A DNA stretch of 50,486 nucleotides, counting the filler, from Jimgerdemannia flammicorona (lineage: Eukaryota): the NCBI GenBank assembly GCA_003990765.1. It is 2 parts of 2 records of this genome, joined end to end, with 100 filler letters (N's around TTAATTAATTAA, not from the genome) between each part and the next. Parts side by side here need not be neighbours in the genome. Positions count along the whole stretch, not along the records: positions 1 to 25,196 come from RBNJ01000868.1; positions 25,297 to 50,486 come from RBNJ01000869.1. One strand, given 5' to 3'. The notes beneath the pieces were generated by a model. That model was not told the origin of the DNA, searched no databases, and saw only the letters and a list, made by a program, of their open reading frames with translations. Position 1 is the first letter of the stretch; each line of letters begins with the position of its first letter. Position numbers and translations under genes: made by a program. Shown piece by piece: positions 23,996 to 36,706 of the stretch.

Positions 23996-24793
23996 TGTAA
24001 GAGGGTTACTTTTTAGGGTGACCATTACGTAGCTCTGGAAGGGTTTTCTGGAAGTTCTGGATATTCTGGAAGACCGTTTTCTTATGGTCAAGATCAATTT
24101 CATATGGAGTACATCCTCTACGCTTATTGATTTCAAGATTGGGTTGATGTCTCAACCAAAGTCCTTTTCCGGACTAGTTCTGGATGTTCAGGATTTTCCG
24201 TATTTTAGGAAGTTTAAGAAACTAAGACCAGCTTAGTTGAATCGGTGTATCGCTGCAGACAATACCCAATTAGGAAATTTCGTGACGGGGTTAGGAGTAG
24301 GACCTAACAGAGAGCGGATTTACTTAAGAGTGGTTTGTGGGTTATGGAATAGGTTTATTTGCTATTCATGTTATTGCTATACTAGGAGTATTTGTGTGAA
24401 GGGGTATTGTGGGGAAGTATTCAGGAATGTTCTTGTCTGTTTGAGTCTGAGATTCTGAGGTCTGGGGGAGGGGGTATTTATACTAGTGAGGGGCTATCTG
24501 GGCTATGCTAAATATGGATGTAGCACTAAGTGCCTTGCTGAGTCGGAATGCAGTCACGTAGTACAAGTGTGATCTGACATGTTAAGAGATCGTCTGACTG
24601 CTGAGTCAGTTCACAGTCATGTCATACAAGGCTAATCTATCTATACTATGACTGCTAGACTATTTATAGGTTTAGGCACTATCTGGGTAGTCTTCAATGA
24701 CATCACCATCGATTGCATCATCTCTGGTGAAGTAGTCATCTAGGAAGAGTGGTTCACGGATTATTTCTCCTTGTTGGCTGAGGTAGTAATACA
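23996..24793 (-). repeat. Solo LTR, short (about 800 bp) variant of the 5958 family
   Basis: 23996 to about 24710 is the reverse complement of about 6730-7449. A different 85-nt segment follows, ending in TAATACA (TG on the minus strand). Flanks AGAAG and TTGGC do not match. Confidence 0.85.
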
Positions 24794-25196
24794 TTGGCGT
24801 ACAATTCACGTTATACAAAACTTCAAGCAACAGTTCTTGACACAACTAGGAGTAAAGGTACTAGCAATATGTCTTCAAGCAAGAGTTCCGACGGGTGTAC
24901 TGGGTCAGGGGGAGCTGGGGCTTTCGGCTGGCAGCAAGTGGGGAGGGGTTATGGCCTGGGGATGGGGGCCTTTGGAGGGTCGAATGGTGGTGAGGGCTCG
25001 CGAGGTGGACTGGCGACAGGTGGTGTTGGCGGAAAGGCTGGTCCCTCGAGCTTTGCTGACAAGGTGAAGGGGAGTGGATGGCCAGCTGGAGACAGGGCTG
25101 GTGCTACTGTGGGGAAGGGCAAGGTGAGCCTTGGGAGGGGAGGAGGTCCCCAGGCTGGGGGTGCAAGCATAGGGGCTGGAGGTGCAGTGGCTGGGG
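24794..25196 (+). mobile_element. 5' end of another copy of the LINE family, cut by the gap
   Basis: CTGSGGAGAFGWQQVGRGYGLG...SFADKVK matches CTGQGGPSAFDWQQVGRGLGLG...SFVEMVK of ORF1 at 20961. Confidence 0.85.
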
Positions 25197-25296
25197 NNNN
25201 NNNNNNNNNNNNNNNNNNNNNNNNNNNNNNNNNNNNNNNNTTAATTAATTAANNNNNNNNNNNNNNNNNNNNNNNNNNNNNNNNNNNNNNNNNNNN
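25197..25296. other. Artificial assembly spacer
   Basis: 44 N + TTAATTAATTAA (stops in all six frames) + 44 N = 100 bases. Confidence 0.97.
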
Positions 25297-25468
25297 TTTA
25301 ATAAAATTAAGTCTCTACAGATTTTTATTAAAAGAGAATCTAGACTATATAGACCAAAATCCTCTCACTAAGTACTAACCCTCTCATTGTCCTAGACTAT
25401 CAAATTATTATAGACTAGACTTATCTGTTTACTAAAACTAGATCATTATTTATATATGAGAGTATATT

Positions 25469-27285
25469 TAGTGCTCTTAACAAATTAAATCAAAGGTCTA
25501 ATTTGATTCAAAATTCATTTAAACCCTATCTTTTAAAATATAATAACTTAACCAAATTTAATAATCTTTAACTTGTTAGATTTTCCTATATAAGAGAAAT
25601 CTAATAAGCTAAAAGTCATTAAATTTAGATATATTTTTCATCAAGTTATTATATATTGTAATGGTGACTCCAGAATGATGACATCAGCATAGGAGACAGC
25701 CTTTCCTTGCAAGCCACCAGATCGGAGCATAAGAAGATCATACAGCATATGAGATGAGCAATGATGACCAACTGTAAGTCATTGTGACTACAGTATAAGC
25801 ATCTTGAAGAATATAAAAGAAGGATCAAGGAACTGCAGTAGCAGCAACCAACAAGAACCACCAATCCCAAAATAACTCAAAGACTTACCACAAATGAAAT
25901 GCCTGCTGCCTGCCAAACCTCAAGGTCAAGGAATCACCAAGATATCTCAGTCAAAGAAAGGATGTTCCAAGACATCAGAAGAGTCATGGGGACCTGCTCA
26001 AGAAGGACTCCTAATATCCACCTGGGTACTGCAGACCCTTATCACTTCATTCTTTACTGCTGTAAAATGGAAACAAGGATCACCATTGCTACTGAATGCC
26101 TCCAAATGTGGCAGAAGTACGAAATAGGAAACCTCCTCTGCCGGGAGTTCCCACAGACCAGCACCCAAGAGCTATAAGATACCACTCCCATAGATATATG
26201 CGAAATGAGGACAGCTAAGAAGATCTATCAGATCTTCAGGCATGTACCATGGTTGATCCCCAACTTGGAGTATGTTAGAGTCTCAGACTTCAGAGACTTA
26301 TCATCCTGCCATATCAATGCACTAGAAGCCAGGGTGGCTACAGAAGCTCAGTCCACTATCACCCTCAATAGTAAAGAAGTAGAAGACTTCTGGTATCCTA
26401 TTCTTCAGGACAACTCAGACCAATTCCTGCAAGGATTGATCTCAGTATTCCAAGGCCCAAGCATCCAGGTTAGACCTCTCCAAGACCCCACATTTGTTCC
26501 CTATTTTGTGGAAGAGAACCTCATAGACTGGAGAGCTCCAGATCTTGTTTCTGATTTCTCTGTGCGACATATGTGAAATGTATGACCTATATGATGAGTT
26601 CGCAGATCTCATCTCCTTCAGTAATAATGATGACAAGGATGGAGCTCTCATGGTCCTGAACTTTCTGCTCTAAGTTCTTTGTTACACTAGATAATGCCAG
26701 CACTGATATTCTCATTTAACACTGGATAATGCCAGTACTGGTATTCTGAGGTGATGCAAAATTGTTCCAGCACTGGTATTTTGATGTGATACTAAATAAT
26801 GCCAGCATCCTGAACCTGTACAACCATCAGTGCTAGCCCTGGAACTTAGTAGTTTTAGTTATTGGAATTTATATTTAGCTTTATATCTTAGCAACTATTG
26901 AATTATATTTTGTATAAATACTCCTCTTATTTTCTCTGAAATAAAGTCAGTTCCTCTCAGTGCAATATACACACTTCCTTGCAAGCAATCTAAGAGATAA
27001 CAAGACAGTTAAAGATAAGAAGTTTGAGGACTATAAGACCTTGAGAAGGCACTCCAATAAAAACTTGCTTATAACAAACTTGAGTTAGTCTAAGAGATAC
27101 ACCTTGAAGAGAATCTGGTATATTTGAAGGACTCAGCAACCACTACATGACAATATATTTCAAAAATAAGATTCAAATTAGACTCTTAATTTAATTCAAA
27201 TTCAATTTGATTTAAACTTTATTTAAATTGAAAAATCTTCAATTTGATTTGATTCAAATAACTCTTAATTCATTTGAGAGCACTA
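25469..27285. mobile_element. hAT-type MITE (about 315 bp) interrupted by a solo LTR
   Basis: TIRs TAGTGCTCT / AGAGCACTA; 8-bp TSD AGTATATT / AGTATATC (7 of 8 match). Confidence 0.8.
25657..27152 (+). mobile_element. Solo LTR of a second family (about 1.5 kb) containing a decayed reading frame
   Basis: Ends TGTAATG...CATGACA, flanked by ATATAT on both sides; TATAAATA at about 26913 and AATAAA at about 26940; inserted inside a MITE. Confidence 0.75.
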
Positions 27286-29059
27286 AGTATATCTATATAT
27301 CAAATCTAGCAGTACTAGGACTGAATCTCTAAACTCTAAGCAAAAGCTTAAGGTAAAATAAAAACCCTCCAATCAGCTAATAAGTAATAAGGACTAATAT
27401 GCAATCCCCCCTTCCCCCCCTCTAAAAAAAAAAAGGACTGATATATAGACTAGGGCTATAAAGACCCCAATATCACTCTCTGAGTCTGTGGACCTCAATT
27501 ATATTACTATATCAGCTCTTAGTTCTAGTCAGATACTATCTTAAAGATAAGGTCTCACTCTCTAAGTCTGTGGGCCTTGATCAAATTATTATATTAACTT
27601 CCAGTTTCAGTTGGATATAGTCCTACCCACTGCTAATCAATCAAAAGGTCCCACCAAATTAGCACCCACTACACCCTGATAGCTGGCATCAGTCTGATAC
27701 CACTATCTGAAAAACAGTCACTTATATCAGAACTTTATTTGCCAGAAAGCTTGCCAAAGCTTAGAGGGCCCCACTATAAGCACTGATAACCTGTAGGTTT
27801 TCTATACTGGTACTTGATGTCTATAGTCAGTCAACTCTCTATGCAGTCCATGACATACTGAGATGATAACTTATTGATGATGATAAAAGAAAGAAGATGA
27901 TAGATATATCCCAGATATAGCTGGAGGTATTAGAAACTGTGAAAAGTGAAAGAAACACTAATCTGATACTGAAAGAGAGGCAACTTATCACCATTGCCTT
28001 CCTCCCACTATCCTGCAATAGGTACAACAAACCATACTAAGGTAGAAAAGTTGTGAGTAGAGAAAAGGAGACTTGGCTGATTGCCTGCCAGACCTTGTGA
28101 CCAGTATGAAAGGAGCTGTTCAAAGATGTTCTTTATATATTATCCATATGATATAATCATTATCATTGACCTTCTCTATTGTGTGCTTAGAGCATAAATG
28201 AGTAATTCCCTCTTCAATAATACATATATAAAGCTCGCGTATATCTTGAAATTTGTGCAAGCAAAGACTAGCGATCGCAATGAGTAGATTCATGTGTGAG
28301 CCCCTTTGGAAAGTAATAACAGTTGGGAAAGCGGCCATCACGCATCCTAATTATGGACCCCACAATGCTCCCACCCCCACACTCTGACTCCTACCCACCT
28401 CATTTGAACTGACATAATCATACTATGCATCAACTCTTCGGTTCCATTGTTCATAGGTCGAAGCCCAACAGTACAGCAAGCATAATAAAAAGCACAGAAT
28501 TTTATGTTGAGTGGAATGTTATGTTCGTTATGTTCCTGCTCATTTGGTTTCGCCACAAATCCCTCCCCCCCTTCGCTGCGTGGAAGGCCAACCGATCATC
28601 GTCATTTAAATTTCCCACCCTCTTTAAGAAAGCCCTTCTCCAAAATCGCCTTCAAAGATGACCGCTGGGAGGTCCGCCTCATGACCGTGAACATGATCTC
28701 GCGCATTATAGGCTTTCACAAGCTCCCTCTGCTGGGCTTCTACCTTCCTGATGAAATACCTACAACCGCACCAGCGCGAGCCTCTGCTCAAGATAATCGC
28801 GAACAACTTTGTGAGCGAGCATTGCGTGAGCGAAGTCATTCATGGCTACTGGGGATGTTTCAGAAACGTCACATGACAGGTGGCCACATGACATCCCCTC
28901 CCTGAACACTCTCTACAATGACAAACCGCCGAAATCGCTCTGTGAATATCCCTTAGAATATTGAAGTGGTTGGGTCTTCGCATCTTGGGAAGTATTCAGG
29001 AAATATTTTGCTGTGGTTTGGTCTTGGAGTCAAAATATTTTGCGGTGACTAGAAGCCAC

Positions 29060-29870
29060 TTAGTTGTCGTTCATCGCCGTTCTGTGTCATTGATCTGCGC
29101 TTAGTCGTAGTTCATCACTCTGCGCTTAGTCGTAGTTCATAATTCTGCGCTTAGTCGTCTGTCCATCGTCCGTCGTCATCATCGTTCTGCACTCTGTCGT
29201 CCATCATCGTTCTGGGCTTGGTCGTTCTGCGCTTTGTCGTCTGTCCATCGTCCGTCGTCGTCACCACGTTCTGCACTTAGTCGTCCATCATCGTTCATCA
29301 TCGTTCTGAGCTTGGTCGTTCTGCGTTTAGTCGTCTGCCCATCGTCCGTTGTCGTCACCATCACTCATCCATTATCGTCATCTTCGTTCTGGGCTTGGTC
29401 GTTCTGGGCTTAGTCATCGTTCATTGCCGTTCTGCGCTTAGTCATCGGTGTTCACTATCTTTTTGCGCTTAGTCTTTCATCGCCGTTCGGTGCTAAGTCA
29501 TCGTTCATTGCCCTTCTGCGCTACGTCGTCGCCATTCTGCGCTGCGCTGGGCTTAGTGCTGCTCTGGGTTTAGTCGTCGTTCATCACTGCTCTGGCTTAG
29601 TTGGCGTCAACGTTCTGCGCTTAGTCGTCGTCATCGTTCTGCACTTAATCGTCATCATCGTTCTACGCTTAGTCGTCGCCATCATTCTGCGCTTAGTTGT
29701 CGTCGTTCATCATCTTTCTGGACTTAGTCGTTCATCGCCGTTTGGTGCTTAGTTGCCGTTCTGCTCTGGGCCTAGTCGTCATTCACTGCCGTTCTGCTCT
29801 GGGCCTAGTCGTCGTTCATTGCTGCTTGGTCGTCGTTCATCGCTGCTTGGTCGTCGTTCATCGCTGCTGT
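29060..29870. repeat. CpG-rich degenerate minisatellite
   Basis: Many copies of cgttctgcgcttagtcgtcg(ttcatc). Confidence 0.85.
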
Positions 29871-31772
29871 GTGGGTGGTTGCCGTAAACAAGACAGAAGA
29901 GAGTTACAGTTGTGGTCATGGGGCAGCAAGGACTGTTTTGTTTATGCTCGCTTTATTGGTAGCCATGGGGAGGTTGTCCTTTATTTTTATACCCTTTCGA
30001 AGGCTTGTTTGTGACCTATCGACGACGATATTTGTCGCTAATAAAAGGGGCGGTTTGTAGCCCGAAAAAGTCTGATCTCTTGGGACTCTTTTTCTAGTAA
30101 ATTACTTAAGTGAAGCACCGCAAGGCAACCTGTCAAGTCTGAAAAATGACCCACTATTCACGGATTCTTCTGATAGCGCACTCTTGTCTGAATGCACCGG
30201 AATTCCGATAGTTCAAATCTTCCCTTTTTTATATATATTCACAATATATTCACAAACCACCCAATTTATACAACCCACTTTAATAGTAATGTTAAGGACC
30301 ACATAGAGGCTCCGCGTAAGCCTATAGAAGGTTGTATAGAGTTGCGAGTGATTTCTAAGGACTGGAACACCTGAACACGTGCCTTACGGAGATCGTAATC
30401 ATTTATAGTAACACCCCGTCTTAGGGCCAGCCGCCCTTCTTGTACGTTTACATCGTTTACATTTGATTACCGCGTCCGAGTATTCGATTCCCTAGCCCTC
30501 CTTTTCATAGGGACAACAACGTGTCTTCGCATCTTGGGAGCTCACCCGGGAAATATTCGCTGTGGTTTGGTCTTGGGCTCATTCCGACAATATTTCGCGT
30601 AGGGGCTGTCCTTAGGGGCTGTCCTTAGGGACGCCAGTGGTGGTTGGGTGGCGGAATACTGTCTATCAATGTTAGAGATAGACGAGCAATTTGCGAAGTC
30701 GACTAAGCGACGTTTGTGTAACAACGGAGGCTGTCCGACTCAAGTCATCCGCCGCTCGCTGCTCACCACCGTAAAGACAAATCCAAGTGTGAACAGATGT
30801 TAAATAATATTATCAATAAAAGACCTTTCTCTTTTCTTTTCAATGTAGGTGTGAAGTTTATTGAACTGCTCTACAAGCCATCGATTCCCCGATTTCCTAT
30901 CTAGTACAATCAAAGACCGGAAATCAAAAATACAGCGACCTAGCACGCAGGCACCTCAAACATGAGAATTTATTTGTTCAAGGGTCCCTCAACCAAACTC
31001 GCCGAAGCCTTGGTGCACGTCAAGGTTTCGGAGCCTAATTTCTTCGACAGCCATTCGTTCAAGTTACAAGTTCCTTCGGCTAAAGACCCCGATGTTGACA
31101 AGACCTCATTTGCGCTAACAAAATTGCAGAGTCCGGTGATGTACAGGCAGTGGATGAGCTCCGTGTATTCAATCTTGAGCGATGCTTGAACAAAGAATGC
31201 AAGGCCACAGCAATAAAAAAATGCCAGGTCAAGGAGGGCAAAGATGGTCGCTAATATATTCTACACACAACCCAGTTAAAAGCCCTGTTCTCCTGTGTCG
31301 CGGAGCAGCAGCTGGAGCAAATAAATCCAGCTCACCAAATGGTCGGATTTTTCTCGAGCTCAATGACGACGCAGACCTCGACGGCATTCCGTATCTGAAT
31401 AGAGAATTCTGATTGGCTCGGGTATTTTGTGCTAATGAGACTAGCACTAAGCCTTCTCTTGTTCCAGAAAGATTTTCAGGGGGTCGATCCGAAACAGGTA
31501 ACACCAGTCATTTCCATAATTGAGCCATGTGATCGCATGCTATCCTCCTTCAGCCTGGATCCACGCACCGGAACCTCGCGTGGTTTGTGATCGTCGTGGT
31601 GATCAATGCTTCGATTATCCGAAAGCAAGGAACAACGATATATATATTAACTCCAGTTATTTCCATCACTTTATTAATATTCAATAAAAAAAAAAAAGAA
31701 TTGAGTTACATCTCATAGGGATAAACAAAAAAAGACTATATCACCGCCACGCTTGAATTTGAAGTGACTCGC

Positions 31773-32315
31773 TCACACCGCCATGAACGTTAACATTGCC
31801 CCCAATACGATCGCCACTACAACAATTCCAACACGCAAACCGCTCGCGCCGGATGCCTTAGGCGTCGTGACCGTCGTATTGGCACTGTTAGGCGCGGGTG
31901 TAATGGTCGGTGTGGCGGTTCCGGTGGCAGGCGAGGCCGACAACACAATGGGAGACGGGGTTCCAGTCGGCGTAGTGAGAGTCAAGCTTCCAGATGGCGC
32001 GATGCCAGTCGACATTGCCAGTGGCGGGGCTCCCGACACCGACGGAAACGCCGACGCCGACACCACCGTATCTGTCGAATTGACTACGGCATAAACGGGT
32101 TGATTTGAGGGGGCCCCTCCACTGATGTCACCGACCCACGCCCAGGAGCCGTAGTTAAAACTGGTGGTGACCAAGGCGTCGCTCCCCCACGAGTAGGCTA
32201 CCCGGTATTGGCAGTTGAAATCGGAGTAGTAGTAGAGGACGGCGGTCGTGGAGCTGGTTAGGATCTCAACGGTGGGAGAGAGAGGTAACTGAGCATTTAA
32301 GGCGAGGTGGCCGGT
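31773..32315 (-). CDS. Terminal exon of a Ser/Thr/Pro-rich, probably GPI-anchored surface protein
   Basis: Open frame from a probable acceptor TAG (32316-32318) to TGA at 31773. It has an aromatic/Cys N-part, an S/T/P stalk, a small-residue site (KASGASG) and a hydrophobic tail. Upstream exons were not identified. Confidence 0.7.
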   Translation of the reverse strand, partial: TGHLALNAQLPLSPTVEILTSSTTAVLYYYSDFNCQYRVAYSWGSDALVTTSFNYGSWAWVGDISGGAPSNQPVYAVVNSTDTVVSASAFPSVSGAPPLAMSTGIAPSGSLTLTTPTGTPSPIVLSASPATGTATPTITPAPNSANTTVTTPKASGASGLRVGIVVVAIVLGAMLTFMAV

Positions 32316-32431
32316 CTACCCGTTATTGAAGATAGTTTTCATATATTACTCACATTCATTGTGCAAAATAGTGTAAACGACGTGCAATTGTTCTAATAGT
32401 ATTTGAATAGAAATGGTCTTGTACTCCGTGA

Positions 32432-32465
<34 letters not shown>

Positions 32466-34029
32466 GTTTTTTTTTTTTTTTTTTTTTTTTTTATAGACCG
32501 TGACATTTTATTTAATAAGACTCATAGTAGGTAGAGGCATCCGAAAAAGGGCATCCGAAAAGGGCACCTAAAAAGGTTTTTCTGTCACACTAGCAAATCA
32601 CCCCAATGCAACACAAGATCACGTAACCGTCGCACAACCGATAGACAGAAGGCTCAGCCTGAAACCGGGAACTTACGCCAAGCGGTGCTAGAAAATCTTG
32701 TCTGGTGAATCTCCCCGTCCACCACCCCATTTCTGCCACCATCGTCTGCCGAATTCAACAAACCAATGTACTCCCAAAATGATCCGTAGAGATGTGTGTG
32801 GAGGTAAATAGATACGAGCTTGTGGATATACTGATTGCTACGCCACTTCGCCACCCATGTGAAATGTGATTCCCTGTTTTAAGGTTAGACGATCGAAGGT
32901 CTTTCAATCGAAGAGTCTTTCGAGCGAAGGGCCTTTCCTTTGAACATCTCAACCTTTCTCGCCTGATTTTCAACCAAATCATTTGACGCCCCTCCAGAAA
33001 AATGCTACATTAACGGCTTCTCTCTCAAACTGCGATGTCTATCCAAAGCCGGCAGACGTTTGTATAACAGTCAGTACGTTTTGAAGCTGGGTTATGTAAT
33101 AGGCGTTGAACGAGGTCAAAATTGATATCTATTGTAAGTTTGGTGATCAATGACGCGTCGTGAAGATCGATGGTGGCTTCGTGAAGATCAATGGTGGATC
33201 GTCACCGATATGGTAAAGAGCGGCGCTGCAGAATGAACTCGTCACACCTATGTAGTCGTCCTATAATTAGGGACTCTATAATTAGTGCATACAATCTGTA
33301 AACGTCAGTAAACTTTGAAAGCATAGAACACAACGGAAAAAAGAAAAAGAAAAAGTATTAATAGAAATGCTTATTGGTTGATTTACTACAACTCTAGGAA
33401 TTTAAATTTTTGATATATATAATTTTATTATGCAAAACCTCCAGACACAAATCCTAAAAAGAATAACTGTATAATTTTATAATACTGTGTTGAGAATTTT
33501 TGATGCGAAATAACGGCCTTGTCTAACGGCCACTAAAAACTGCGCATCAGTTTGACCGACATTTAGTTGCCTCTGACTTCGTCGATAACGGGCACAGCAC
33601 GAAATGGCGGGATTCCAAAACTCAGAACGTTAGGCACACGCAAATTAGTCTGGAACGATTTTCTCTGTTACCAAAACTAATCTGCACTGTAGCGACCTAT
33701 CCGCTCTTCTTGGTGGCCATCGTGAAGTGTTTCCAGCAGGTTATATAGTTTGGCAATCAATGGCATCGTGGTCCAGATGATGAAACCTTCGACACGCACG
33801 GACAAACACATTGAAGATATGCTATATTTCACATTGCTACGCTATAACGCTAAAAACCGGATTTAAATTATCTTAACATTATCTTCCTCCTTGGCCTACA
33901 ACCCCTATGGATTGTTGCCTTTGGTCAGTGGTATCATTCTAGGTTCAATACAAAATGAAAACATTCTCATGGAAATTTTACAACGAGGCGGAGTAAGGAA
34001 TTCAAATGCCATAGGACCGTAGGACCAAG

Positions 34030-35190
34030 GCCACGAACATCCATGCACTGTTTACATCATTCACTTTAACACCACCACGATAGGCACCCAAAATCTCGAT
34101 GTTGAAGTTTGCTAGCTCACTGCTCTTGGCATTTAAAGAAATTACGCCAATGGCCACGGTATTTTTTCCCTTGTGTTTGATAATGCCTTGAGGGACCGGG
34201 AAGACGGTCTGGGGGCCGAGCGCATTAGCTGTGGAAGGAAGGAAAATGAAAGGGTCACTTCTCTTTTTCTTTCGGGACAACTCGTATATCAAATATATTA
34301 GAGAATAACTTACCTTATTTGCCAAATTAACATAAAAGATGAGGTGAGCAACAAGAGAGAAATCATGTTTTCTCCCGATTTAACTTGTCCGTTGGAGAAA
34401 GTAAACGTGGCATTCGCAGAAGAGGACGATGCCGGAATTGGGATGCCACCAAAGTTATTCTCCGTTCAACCAAGCAAGATACCCAGATCCACTACCACCT
34501 TGACTTAGCAATTCAAGACCGGTAATTGCTGAATTTGCCACGGAACCAGATACTTCCGGTATGGTAGCCATAATCATCAGCGTAGAGAACGGGCAAAGTT
34601 GCCGGTTGCGTGGGGTTATTCGTAGTCGAATGTTTGGCAACAGTCCAGTTGCTGTCGTCAAAGTTGGGTCGGTTTCGGGAGACGCCCAGTTGAACTTCCA
34701 TTTCGCCAGGGCCAGCAAGGATTCCGACCAGTGTACCGTACAGAGTCGTTTGAACGGAGATCTTCTTGCCATTCCATGTAACGGTTTTCACAGTCTCGTG
34801 TGTCACAATCTCGATAGTCGTAGTAGCATTGGTGTCGCTACGCAAAGCCATGGAGGTTCCTTCCAATGAGGCACCACGCACCAGATAAGGACCATAAACG
34901 AGCACGGTCTGGTTGTCGTTCACCTTGAGCGCCCAGAACTGGATGGCGTCATTATAACCGGTGAGATAGAGTAAAAGATCAGGCTCCGCAGCACCAGTAA
35001 TAACCACTGGCGTGATGTTCTGATGTTTATAGTTGAGTCTCAAGTTTGTGCCATTGACGCCTGTAATCACGGGGTTGTTGCCAAAAATTTGACGGCAGGT
35101 TTGGCACCCCCTTGACTTTAAGCACGGTCTCGCCATCTTCGCCTTCAAAAACGTAGAGCAAAGCGACATTGCCATTTAGTAGGCCAGAAA
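34030..35190 (-). pseudogene. GH35 beta-galactosidase C-terminal domains, frameshifted and internally deleted
   Basis: VYGPYLVRGASL, FDDSNW...LPVLYADDYGYHTGSIWFRGKF, QGGSGSGYLAWLNG and LGPQTVFPVPQGII motifs are spread across frames. An intron (GTAAGT...CAG, about 34229-34312) is retained. The catalytic barrel is absent. Confidence 0.9.
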
Positions 35191-35218
35191 CTCGCGTTTC
35201 CCATGAGTGCGGCGCACA

Positions 35219-35345
35219 ACGTACCCTCGGCGGCGAATTCTCAAACTCATCGTCTTCCTTCAAGGCGCCTAGCTGGGGAATCGGCTGGGCATGGCAGGCT
35301 TCTTGGCCTGGTCCTGTTCCTGCTACTGCTGTTTGACGACTTTGG
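35219..35345 (-). pseudogene. SEM1: SEM1/DSS1 first-exon fragment
   Basis: Minus strand reads IPQLGALKEDDEFE, then (with a 1-nt loss) FAAE, then a GTACGT donor. This matches the Sem1/DSS1 LEEDDEFEEF motif. A Q/E/K-rich leader precedes it. Confidence 0.7.
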
Positions 35346-35397
35346 TTGGGTGTGTGGCGAGGTGTCTGGAATGGCTACGTCATCAAGTCACGCGCGA

Positions 35398-35550
35398 CTA
35401 GGTGGCTTTTTGGCCAATTGAATTTTTCCAATCCAGCAATGAACGCGACTTGGTGGCTTTTTGGCCAATTGAGATGAAATTGGCTTTTTGGCCAATTGAG
35501 ATGAAATTGGCTTTTTGGCCAATTGGAATAAAAATTTTCCAATCCAGATA
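35398..35550. repeat. Short tandem repeat cluster
   Basis: Four copies of TGGCTTTTTGGCCAATTG; the last three have a 27-bp period. Confidence 0.85.
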
Positions 35551-36706
35551 AATTTCGCCTCAATTAATAGCAAGCGTCATCAATAGGTGACGCAATCGAA
35601 CCTTTGCATCACAGTTTTTCCAATCCGCCGAATAGTCTAGCAAGTGTCACATTCCCACATGCCCGCATACCTGCATTTACATATTCCCACACATGCCCAC
35701 ATGCCCGAACAACTGCATGCCCATATGCCCATATGCCTGCATGAGCACGCCCGAGCTCTGGCGTGATGTCGTGGCCCGTCATCCCAATTTTTCATCCACG
35801 CGGGATGGATAGCAAATAAACCGAACCATATGGCTGAATGAGGTCATTCCGAATGCTTTGGTAAAACGAAAATTTATACGGACACCCATGGCTTCCTTTC
35901 TATATTCATTATATTCATGAACTCTTTTCAGATATCCGGGCTTCACCCATGGTCACCCTATAAGCACCCTACTATAATGATGAGATTCCTACCACAGAAA
36001 TATCTCCAACAAATATCCCTTCGCAGTATTTAGTAATGTTTTAACAATTTTGGCAGTATTTCTAATGTGCCAAAATTCTGGTGTTCTCGCATAGAGCATT
36101 TTGGTAGGGTTTCTGATTTCTTATCCTACATTTGGCATGTATCAATCTACGGAACGTGACATATACTGGGAGACATTCTTGAGCCCCTAGATGTGTTGTA
36201 TATCACGACTGCACAACCCCTCAACCTCGTGGAGATGTGGCGCATGATCAATATCGGCTAGCCTTAAATTTATCCAGATTGCACGTGGAACTAATTAATT
36301 ATGTTGCACCCACTCACTAGTTATTTTTTTTTTTTTTTTTTTTTTTTTTATATTCACTAGTTATTTAAAATAACGGGTCCCGTTTCAGTTGGCTTACTCT
36401 TTCGATGCTGTACTTTATGCGCAGACCGTAGTACGAAACGACGCCCAATGCCCGTTTCGTTTTATTTTCCATTTCGACATGTGTGAAGTATTTGGTATTA
36501 AATCACCAATCGTCGCCAGATCGCCGTCAGTGATCTTAAGGTTTCGGGTTACATCGGGTTCGGATTGAACCAAAAAAAAATTGAATGTTGCCTAGTTCAG
36601 TGATCAACCATGCGGTGGCTTCTACCGAAGGTCATAGGGTACACGGAACCACGTTACATATATATATATGCGAATACAAGACTCCCACAAAATTTCCATA
36701 CTCAAT

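Noticed and set aside
28504..28905. 133-aa ORF, and also 30962-31412
   Set aside because: No recognisable motif or splice structure; cannot be supported as genes.
35600..35645. CTAG at about 35637 as a Helitron 3' end
   Set aside because: No convincing GC-rich hairpin upstream.
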